The notes under the pieces: model-generated
What the model saw: the letters and a program-made list of their open reading frames with translations, nothing else
Database searches by the model: none
Told to the model about the DNA's origin: nothing
Origin: a virus
Lineage: Duplodnaviria; Caudoviricetes
Virus record (IMG/VR): IMGVR_UViG_3300028549_000507
Span: 128,001 to 192,000 of that record
DNA length: 64,000 bases
Reading direction: 5' to 3' (one strand)
Program-made: the position numbers and the translations under genes
In this document: one piece after another, positions 10,432-17,862 of the stretch
How positions within the stretch are numbered: the stretch's first letter is position 1
How the letters are laid out: the number at the start of each line of letters is the position of its first letter

Positions 10432-11157
10432 TTAGATAGAACCGAAGCCCATACCCATAGGCATTCCCATTCCCATACCCATTCCAGGCATTCCCATTCC
10501 CATACCCATGCCGAACTGCTGTGGAGCACCGAATGGACTGAATCCGCCCTGAGCCTGTTGTGGTTTAGCATTAGGATCTTTCTTAGCGAACGGACTAGTT
10601 GGAGCCTGCTGCTGACCGAATCCCATACCCATACCAGGCATTCCCATACCCATACCCGGCATTCCCATACCGAACTGAGCGCCACCCATACCCATAGGCA
10701 TTCCCATTCCCATTCCCATACCCATACCGAACTGAGCACCAAAACCCATACCCATCCCCATACCAGAATTCTGCATGATCTGCATTACACGTTCCTGAGG
10801 AAGTGCGCCAGAATAAATTGCAACCTGAGGGCTTGTACGTACGATAGCAGATTCAAAGATAGCGTTAAGCTCTTTGATTGTTGCTTCATCTTCAGTCACT
10901 TCGATACCCTGAGATTTGTAACCTGCAGCAAGGAAGGTTTTGATGTCTTCGATCATATAGTGACGACCATATGCACCCTGCTGGGAAGCTGGCTCATACT
11001 TGATACCCTTCTGTTGAAGTTGAAGGATGATCCAAGTAGGATCAATCAGACTATTGAACTTGCTTTCAGTAATGAGAGCAGAGAGTTCAGTTCCGACTTT
11101 TTTAGCAGAAGCATTGGTACCATTTGTTGCCGTACCGGCAGAAGTTTGCTGAGACAT
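10432..11157 (-). CDS. Hypothetical protein with Gly/Met/Phe/Gln low-complexity C-terminal tail
   Basis: 241 aa; GGAGG RBS; ~130-aa globular N-terminus then (GM)n repeats with 7 FG dipeptides; codon choice (ATC, TTC, CGT, TAC) typical of highly expressed genes. Confidence 0.85.
   Translation of the reverse strand: MSQQTSAGTATNGTNASAKKVGTELSALITESKFNSLIDPTWIILQLQQKGIKYEPASQQGAYGRHYMIEDIKTFLAAGYKSQGIEVTEDEATIKELNAIFESAIVRTSPQVAIYSGALPQERVMQIMQNSGMGMGMGFGAQFGMGMGMGMGMPMGMGGAQFGMGMPGMGMGMPGMGMGFGQQQAPTSPFAKKDPNAKPQQAQGGFSPFGAPQQFGMGMGMGMPGMGMGMGMPMGMGFGSI
10435..10765 (-). repeat. Coding GGTATG/GGAATG (Gly-Met) tandem repeat
   Basis: Imperfect hexanucleotide repeats visible as cccata/cccatt on the + strand. 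Confidence 0.9.
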
Positions 11158-11214
11158 AAACGTCCTCCAAAAGATTTGTTAAAAGAAACTAGAAAAGAGT
11201 TATTTTTCTTCCAT

Positions 11215-11226
11215 CAGTATTTTGTT
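11215..11226 (-). promoter_or_regulatory. Late-type promoter AACA-N6-TR
   Basis: Minus strand AACA AAATAC TG inside the leader of 10432..11157. Confidence 0.45.
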
Positions 11227-11292
11227 ATAATAACAATATTTTTTTATTTACTGATAGGAGATTGTGACATCTATAAACTAGAAGTCACAATC

Positions 11293-11308
11293 TTATATAT
11301 AATTGAAA
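11293..11308 (-). promoter_or_regulatory. Putative early-type promoter
   Basis: Minus strand TTTCAATTATATATAA; near-identical copies at 13968, 26284 and 62084. Confidence 0.6.
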
Positions 11309-11329
11309 TGTAGGTTTGAATAAATCAAA

Positions 11330-13888
11330 TTACATCATAGGTCCGAATCCGAAGCCCTGTTGTTGTTGATTAAACCCACCACCGAAACCACCACCGAAAC
11401 CACCAAACATCTGTTGCTGTTGAGATGCCATCTGTTGCTGTTGCATCATCTGTTGTTGCATCATTAACTGTTGATCAGGTGTAATGTATTGTCCATTGAA
11501 GAACGTTGGGGAATTAAATCCATTTTCCATGTAGTTATTCCCAACTACTTTACTCTGATTAGCTTCGATATACTGACGGATACTGCATGGTCCCGAGCAC
11601 GTAGCAACTACGGTCTGTAATGCTTTAAGTGCGAAAGCGACTTCAACCTTGGTTCGATAAACCTGAGGCTGTATCACAGTAATATATCCTTCTTTATCCA
11701 AGATAGACAATCTAACTCGACGATCGTCCAAGTTCATATTTCTATAATCTTTGAATTTATCTCCAAGGAACTTTGGAAGAGACTTCTTACCAACAGCACG
11801 TCTCCAGTCAATACGGTCACCATCCTTGTTGGTTTTCCGATATTCAGGAGATAGTACGAATGTAGGCCAGAAATCACCATTGTACTCAGGAGATCCTTCA
11901 AATGGTTCACCTTCCACATAGAACTGTGCAGTAGGTGCTACACCATTCTGTTCCGATACCGTTTTAATGATTTCATTGAACTGCGCCATGTCTTTATTGA
12001 CATTTACAGGACGAATACTATCATTCTTAAAGTAACGGGATACAGTAGGAGATGGAATCATAGTTCTATTGAATTCATAGTAGATATGAAGTTGTGATTG
12101 TGGGAATTCGGATTTAATATTGTGTACAAGTACACCAATAAGAGATCCAAGACCATCACGAACGAAAATATCCAATGATTCAATATAGTCTGTAATCGTA
12201 ACATTGATAGTTCCGTCCGCTTTAGGAGGAATCATAATGAAACGAATTGCCGCTGTCATATGCATAGACAGATCTTCATACCCGATACTCGCACCTTTGG
12301 CAAGAGCGATTCTGTTAGAAATTTCTTTACGATATTTCCATTCATTATCGAGATTTGGATTATCCCAACGAGAGATAAGAGCAATACTCTTCGTTGCAGC
12401 AACATCAACATTACCTGAACAGTTATCAAACGTAAATCTGTCGATTGTCGGTTTGTCTTTCTCACTTGTAGTGTAGAAATACTGATCACTGTCTTCAATA
12501 ATGGAAATAGGTTTAAAGATACCTATAACTTTGAGATTAAATGCAATCTGTTTAGAGATCGATTTAACAACACGGTTAAGGCGTTCGTCACGAATCATAT
12601 CGGAATAAACGATATACGTCATAACGTCATATTCACAATCACTCTGATCAAACGTATAACGTAGACGAGAATTTATCTCATTTTCCGCATGGTAAGATCC
12701 ACCAGGAATATCTGTATTGATGAAAATCACACGGATAGATCCTTCGAAATCAACTACAGGACACTCATGTGTTCTTTCATCGATATATAGTTTGTACTTA
12801 AGGTCACGAGCTCCGCGTTTCTTAAACAACTTAAGAATACGATCTACAACCTTTTTAGCATTTGAATCATCATAATCTTCGATAAGATCTGTAAATCTTG
12901 AACGAGAAACGATGTTATAGATATGCTCTTCACGTCCATCAATTTTGAATACATCGTCTTCAGAAGCTTCTTTGTTCTGATTGATCATATCCTCAATTAC
13001 AGCATCACGAGTAACCTTAACATCAGCGATTCCACTAAAATCATTAGCTTGAGATGAGAAGTCTTCATTCTTCTCTTCGACAACTGATTTAGGTTGAGAC
13101 GCCCAGAAATCTTCACCAAGATCTTCATCGAGATCATCGATAGGATTGGATGGAAGATCTTCATTAAGTTCTTCTTCTTCAATCTCATCATCGACAACAT
13201 CATTTTCATCAACTTCTACATCATCCCCGAATAATCCATCAAGATCATCTTCATCATCGAAGAATGAACCATACGCTTCACCGGCATTATCCGGAACTTC
13301 ATCTTGTTTAGCCATTTCCTCTTCCTCTGGTTCGGTGGGGGCTTCGTCCTCATCGATTTCAGGTTCATCAACTTGATCAGCAGCAATTTCATCCTCAATA
13401 ACTTCTTCTACAAGCGATTCTTGAGAAGTTTCTTCAGAATCATTCATCATAGATGCTCCAGGAGCCATTCCGAGATTGCTACGGAGTTCTTGAAGAGCTT
13501 CAACCAATTCCTCTTCAGACAGTCTACATTCAGAATCAGTTTCAGGTACGTAGAATCTGTACTGATCTAGTGGTTTGAGGTATGAGTTTTTGAACTTAGG
13601 AATATCAAATTCCATAAGATCTAACTCTTTGCGATAATCGGAGATACGTTTCTTAAGAGGAAGATTAGCCCCTTGTACGTATTTACATCCCCCACAAACG
13701 TGAACAGATGTTGGATCACCGTCCCGATTCTTGACGGTTTTAGTTCTCTTAAGCTCTTCAATAGAAGAGCTACTTCTATCCGCAAGACAGCACTTGCAGA
13801 TAACTTTACCTTCTTCAAGAAAGTACGGTTCAAACCCCACAATCGTGGAGAGCTCCGAATTCAGTTCTTGTAGGGTGTTGGATTCCAT
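11330..13888 (-). CDS. Multidomain protein: Zn ribbon, acidic tract, Hef-like nuclease-derived domain, Q/FG-rich tail
   Basis: CKCC...HVCGGC Cys cluster; D/E-rich region; C-terminal QQQMMQQQQ...FGGFGGGFG. Start moved to 13888 because the track's MEVS overlaps the GGAGG RBS. Confidence 0.75.
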   Translation of the reverse strand: MESNTLQELNSELSTIVGFEPYFLEEGKVICKCCLADRSSSSIEELKRTKTVKNRDGDPTSVHVCGGCKYVQGANLPLKKRISDYRKELDLMEFDIPKFKNSYLKPLDQYRFYVPETDSECRLSEEELVEALQELRSNLGMAPGASMMNDSEETSQESLVEEVIEDEIAADQVDEPEIDEDEAPTEPEEEEMAKQDEVPDNAGEAYGSFFDDEDDLDGLFGDDVEVDENDVVDDEIEEEELNEDLPSNPIDDLDEDLGEDFWASQPKSVVEEKNEDFSSQANDFSGIADVKVTRDAVIEDMINQNKEASEDDVFKIDGREEHIYNIVSRSRFTDLIEDYDDSNAKKVVDRILKLFKKRGARDLKYKLYIDERTHECPVVDFEGSIRVIFINTDIPGGSYHAENEINSRLRYTFDQSDCEYDVMTYIVYSDMIRDERLNRVVKSISKQIAFNLKVIGIFKPISIIEDSDQYFYTTSEKDKPTIDRFTFDNCSGNVDVAATKSIALISRWDNPNLDNEWKYRKEISNRIALAKGASIGYEDLSMHMTAAIRFIMIPPKADGTINVTITDYIESLDIFVRDGLGSLIGVLVHNIKSEFPQSQLHIYYEFNRTMIPSPTVSRYFKNDSIRPVNVNKDMAQFNEIIKTVSEQNGVAPTAQFYVEGEPFEGSPEYNGDFWPTFVLSPEYRKTNKDGDRIDWRRAVGKKSLPKFLGDKFKDYRNMNLDDRRVRLSILDKEGYITVIQPQVYRTKVEVAFALKALQTVVATCSGPCSIRQYIEANQSKVVGNNYMENGFNSPTFFNGQYITPDQQLMMQQQMMQQQQMASQQQQMFGGFGGGFGGGFNQQQQGFGFGPMM

Positions 13889-13967
13889 ACTAACCTCCAT
13901 TTAAAACACTTTTTTACACATTAATATATTGACAGTTTAATTAATAATTATTTTATAGATCATCACG

Positions 13968-13983
13968 ATATATATAATTGAAA
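13968..13983 (-). promoter_or_regulatory. Putative early-type promoter
   Basis: Minus strand TTTCAATTATATATAT upstream of 11330..13888. Confidence 0.6.
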
Positions 13984-14001
13984 GTATGATTTAAATAAAG
14001 A

Positions 14002-14027
14002 AAAGAGAGGGATTTCTCCCTCTCTTT
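14002..14027 (-). terminator. Intrinsic terminator with GNRA loop
   Basis: Minus strand AAAGAGAGGGA-GAAA-TCCCTCTCTTTT. Confidence 0.8.
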
Positions 14028-14039
14028 ATAATACAAAGA

Positions 14040-15374
14040 TTAAACTTCTTTGGTATCTCCAACGAATTTACCATTACCGCCACGACCAAAATCTTTAGAA
14101 CTAGTACCAGAAGCATCAACTTTAATGTCGATAATTCCTTCTGAAACAGCTTTCTTAAGAGCTGACTCAACGATAGACAAGATATCACCTTGATCTTTAG
14201 TAATTTTGATAGACTCGTTATTGAGGGTGATAGTAAGATTAGATATTTCAGAAACTTCTTTAGTAAGTTTCACGATGATATCTCTAACGCCATTCAACGA
14301 TTTAAGACGTTCCGCACTGATACCGCCATCAGCAGTTCCTTCATTACTGTCAACAAATTTAGCAATACTCTCTGAAACTTTTTCAAGAGTATTGTAAATA
14401 GCTTTAACTTTAGTATTTTGATTTTTACCAGACTGTTTTACGAGGTTGGTGGTAATACTCTGAACAGTTCTAAGCTCAGTACTAAATCCAGAATTAGACC
14501 CTTGACGGAGGAAACGTTCACATTGTTTTGTAACTTTAACGTTAACTAGTTCAGGATCTTTTCTAACAACACTACACGCTTCAGCAAGAACAAGTGCATT
14601 TTCAAGATCACCAGAAACTTCATTATCAGCAATAGCACCAGTAATTTCTGTTTTAAGTTTAGAAATTGCTGTTTCTGTGCCATCTCCGACAGAATCCGCT
14701 TTAGAAGTCATGATACTATTAGCTACAGAACCAAGATTGTTAGAGATTTTTCCTCTATAATCTAGTGATGCATTTGCAGATTCTTGTGCTTTATTGATAG
14801 CTTTAGCATGTTCAACTACATTAGCAGAATTAGCAATACGTTTAGCTTCATCTTCAGCTTTTTTGGCCAATTTTGCATTTCTCGCTTCGATTCTATTTTT
14901 ATTGCGCTGAAGATTGTCGGCGTGAGCTGTACTTTTTCTCTTTGCAATAATCTCTTCAACAACTTTTTCAACTTTAGGCGCATCGCCTGATTTAAGCTGA
15001 GCAACCATCGCTGTTACAACTGTTGCCTTTGCATTGGTTTTTCCAAAAAGACCACCAATAATACCACCAATCCATTTAAAGAATCTGGTAAGCAGTTCAA
15101 TGATTTTGTTGAAAATTTTTTTAACGAATTCAACTACACCTTTGAAAACATTTCCAACACCCTCAGTAGAGGTTGTAAAATTTTCAAATCCATAGTTTTC
15201 CATAACAAAGAATGCACTTTCGATAGCCATCTGATCACGCACGATCATACCGTACGATTCAGCAGAATCAAGTCCATCAAGTTCTTCTTCTTCCTGAAGC
15301 CCGATTCCATCATATTCTTCTTCAAGACCCATGATAGCAGTTAATTCAGATTCAAATGAATTGTAAATACTCAT
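14040..15374 (-). CDS. Internal head (ejection-type) protein, phiKZ-like, with acidic propeptide
   Basis: Acidic N-terminus with several S/A/G-x-E sites (SAE, AIE, STE|G) followed by amphipathic helix VFKGVVEFVKKIFNKIIELLTRFFKWIG. Confidence 0.75.
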   Translation of the reverse strand: MSIYNSFESELTAIMGLEEEYDGIGLQEEEELDGLDSAESYGMIVRDQMAIESAFFVMENYGFENFTTSTEGVGNVFKGVVEFVKKIFNKIIELLTRFFKWIGGIIGGLFGKTNAKATVVTAMVAQLKSGDAPKVEKVVEEIIAKRKSTAHADNLQRNKNRIEARNAKLAKKAEDEAKRIANSANVVEHAKAINKAQESANASLDYRGKISNNLGSVANSIMTSKADSVGDGTETAISKLKTEITGAIADNEVSGDLENALVLAEACSVVRKDPELVNVKVTKQCERFLRQGSNSGFSTELRTVQSITTNLVKQSGKNQNTKVKAIYNTLEKVSESIAKFVDSNEGTADGGISAERLKSLNGVRDIIVKLTKEVSEISNLTITLNNESIKITKDQGDILSIVESALKKAVSEGIIDIKVDASGTSSKDFGRGGNGKFVGDTKEV

Positions 15375-15436
15375 TATGATTCTCCTTAATAAGTTGTATA
15401 AGTTTCAAATTATTTATCTTCGGAAATTTTAAGATT

Positions 15437-16444
15437 TCAATTGTTGATAGACTTGATGATTTTCACCATCTCAGCATCTGATTGATTCTGAAGTTTTTCA
15501 CAATCAATAATCGTTCTACCGAGTTGGATGTTAGCTCCGGTGGCTTTTGACATAACTTTAAGCATATAATTAACTTCTCTGATAACAAACTGTGACGTTT
15601 CTTTGTCAGATGGATCCATTTTAGCAATGTCATATTCCAACTCATCCATCAATTTGAGAACAGATGTGATGATTTTTTCATTCTCACCAGAACTAAGAAG
15701 TTGTGAAGCACGTTTATTGCGTTCTTCGCGTTTGTTATCAATTCTAGACTGAGTATATGATTTTTTGAGAGTGCTAAATACATCTTTAGCTTTACCAAAG
15801 ATATTCTTTTTCTTAATCTCTCCAGATACCTGAGTTTCGATAACGGTTTCAAGCTCTGTACAATCCGTAGAAAGGTCAGGCTTCTCAGTCTTCCCTTTAC
15901 TTTTCACAAATCCAGAGAACTTTGGAAGTTTAGATTGAATTTTCTTAAGAACTTTACCAATTTCAGCTTTACTTGTAGCAATAATCCCGACAACTTCATC
16001 CGCTTTCGCAGGGTCAGCTACTTCTTTTTCAGGATCAATATTCTTACCAAGTTTAGCAGCAGCTTCCGATACAGTTTCTTTATCAGTCTCAGCAATAGTC
16101 TTACTATTCTGTCTCCACTCACCTTTTCCAAAGATCCAAAGGAAAGCATTCTTAATCCATCTGAAAAAACCACGAATGCCATCAAGGATTTTCTTTACTA
16201 CTTTTTTGATAAAGTTACCAATATCTTTAAGTAAATTACCTTCCATTGAGAAATTGTCAGATTCGATAGACAAAGTCATAAATGATAATTGTGCTTCAGT
16301 AGTAAGTTGGAGTTCGATAAGACTCATAGATTCTTCTATAATATTCAAAGAATTACCGTCCACATCCCCATCAAGAAATTCAGCATCTGGATCGTTTTCA
16401 ATCCCAAATATACTCGTGAGTGCGGCTTCGAGTGAATTGTCCAT
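15437..16444 (-). CDS. Internal head protein, paralog of 14040..15374
   Basis: Start at 16444 (GAGGAG RBS); acidic propeptide, SME|G site and the same amphipathic helix (IGNFIKKVVKKILDGIRGFFRWIK). Confidence 0.75.
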   Translation of the reverse strand: MDNSLEAALTSIFGIENDPDAEFLDGDVDGNSLNIIEESMSLIELQLTTEAQLSFMTLSIESDNFSMEGNLLKDIGNFIKKVVKKILDGIRGFFRWIKNAFLWIFGKGEWRQNSKTIAETDKETVSEAAAKLGKNIDPEKEVADPAKADEVVGIIATSKAEIGKVLKKIQSKLPKFSGFVKSKGKTEKPDLSTDCTELETVIETQVSGEIKKKNIFGKAKDVFSTLKKSYTQSRIDNKREERNKRASQLLSSGENEKIITSVLKLMDELEYDIAKMDPSDKETSQFVIREVNYMLKVMSKATGANIQLGRTIIDCEKLQNQSDAEMVKIIKSINN

Positions 16445-16480
16445 ATATGGCTCCTCGGCTATATATTGATTTATTATTAC

Positions 16481-16492
16481 CACTTATTTGTT
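16481..16492 (-). promoter_or_regulatory. Late-type promoter AACA-N6-TR
   Basis: Minus strand AACA AATAAG TG. Confidence 0.6.
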
Positions 16493-16495
16493 CAA

Positions 16496-16507
16496 AACAT
16501 AATATTG
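16496..16507 (+). promoter_or_regulatory. Late-type promoter AACA-N6-TR
   Basis: AACA TAATAT TG, divergent from the 16481 site. Confidence 0.6.
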
Positions 16508-16537
16508 ATAACGATAATTCAATAGAAGGGTTTTACA

Positions 16538-17860
16538 ATGAGTAATTACATCAATAAGAGTAATGGAAGCTACCTGACAAAATTTGGAAATGTTGATGAG
16601 ATTTCTTTTAAAAATACTAAGACAGATGATGCTAAAGTATCATCCCTTATAAGAAATATCTCAGCATCTTCTGATTCACGGAGAAGAGCATTCTCTATAT
16701 ATCAAACAATGGCATCGATTGCTATAACAAAACCCGATTCAACGGGAACCGTATATCATACTTATAGTGATATCGCTGATATCATTTTCACTCCATTTAT
16801 CAATGGGTATGGTAAATTTGATAAGAACTTCAACGTGTTTAAAATCACAAATGATATTAGAATTAAACTGATTACTCAGTTTAAAAATCTTACAAAATGT
16901 CATAGATTGAACGTTGTATTTACTAAATCAACATCAACATATCTCTCAGAAGAAATCGAATTCTTCTTCAATGATTCAAATATTTCTGCTGGCGATAGCT
17001 TTAAATTTAAATTCGGCGCAACAGGGATTACATTATCCGATAAATCGACTATTACGATGGTAATACCTATCAGATATATCGAAAATATCATTGAACAAAC
17101 TTGCAAAAGAGTAATCTCAGACTTCCATGGTAAAGATGTTAAGTTGGAATCTATGGATCTTCGAGTTAAAAATGCAGTAAGTTCTAAAATTCAAGATAAA
17201 GTTGGAAAACGTATCTATGAAAATATGATTGCAGCATTATATAAAGAATTCATCTTTAATAACTTTGCGACAAGTACAGTTCGTCTTTGTAAACAGGTCG
17301 GAACCGTAAATATCGATACAGCTACAACTGTTGCTATCCAAGGTGAACATGCGTCATGCTCAAATCTTAGACTCGATCAGATTTCTAACATGTTGAATTC
17401 GAGCGATATTAGTGAAATTAATCCATATATGCTTCTTGATATGTTTGAGATTTCTGATAAAGAGACTGATTTCTTTGTAAGGAACTTCCTTAGAAGTGAA
17501 GATTATGAAAATATTTTGACTCCGAATTATTACAGACTTTCTCTTAAGAAAGAAGACTATTTGGATGAAGAATCTTGGATCAGTGCTAGTGTAATCCATA
17601 ATACAAAATTGAACTATATGATTTTGGCACTTATGATTATTACAAAATCTAGTATAAAAGAGATTGATAGAGCGATATATGTAGATAGAATTCAAGCTGC
17701 GGTTAAAACTGCTCTTTCATATTCAACTACATCTGTCGTTACAAATAATAAAGATGATATTGCTAAAGAAATCTTTGAACAATTGAATCTTATGAATCTA
17801 TTGTCTAGCAACATTATCAAGCTCAAAAAGATAAATGAATTAATCTCGAAAGCGATCTAA
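16538..17860 (+). CDS. Hypothetical protein (likely late/virion)
   Basis: 440-aa ORF downstream of a late-type promoter; 2 nt from the zincin gene. Confidence 0.65.
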   Translation: MSNYINKSNGSYLTKFGNVDEISFKNTKTDDAKVSSLIRNISASSDSRRRAFSIYQTMASIAITKPDSTGTVYHTYSDIADIIFTPFINGYGKFDKNFNVFKITNDIRIKLITQFKNLTKCHRLNVVFTKSTSTYLSEEIEFFFNDSNISAGDSFKFKFGATGITLSDKSTITMVIPIRYIENIIEQTCKRVISDFHGKDVKLESMDLRVKNAVSSKIQDKVGKRIYENMIAALYKEFIFNNFATSTVRLCKQVGTVNIDTATTVAIQGEHASCSNLRLDQISNMLNSSDISEINPYMLLDMFEISDKETDFFVRNFLRSEDYENILTPNYYRLSLKKEDYLDEESWISASVIHNTKLNYMILALMIITKSSIKEIDRAIYVDRIQAAVKTALSYSTTSVVTNNKDDIAKEIFEQLNLMNLLSSNIIKLKKINELISKAI

Positions 17861-17862
17861 TA

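Noticed and set aside
10365-10742. WVWEWE-repeat ORF on the minus strand
   Set aside because: Alternative frame of the same hexamer repeat; runs through a terminator.
10435-10765. Possible CRISPR or other non-coding repeat array
   Set aside because: Units are 6-nt in-frame codon repeats without unique spacers; no cas genes; no CRISPR-like array found anywhere in the window.
10417-11313. 298-aa + strand ORF with His/Thr repeats (looks like a metal-binding protein)
   Set aside because: Antisense shadow of the Gly-Met repeat gene; no RBS; the promoters, RBS and terminator all support the minus strand.
11330-13900. Chimallin (nuclear shell) homolog upstream of beta-prime
   Set aside because: No recognisable similarity; the domain layout (Zn ribbon, acidic tract, Hef-like domain) differs. 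A profile search would be needed to exclude remote homology.
13888-13900. SME protease site at the N-terminus of the 856-aa ORF
   Set aside because: The MEVSM segment is the GGAGG RBS read in frame; the true start is the second Met.
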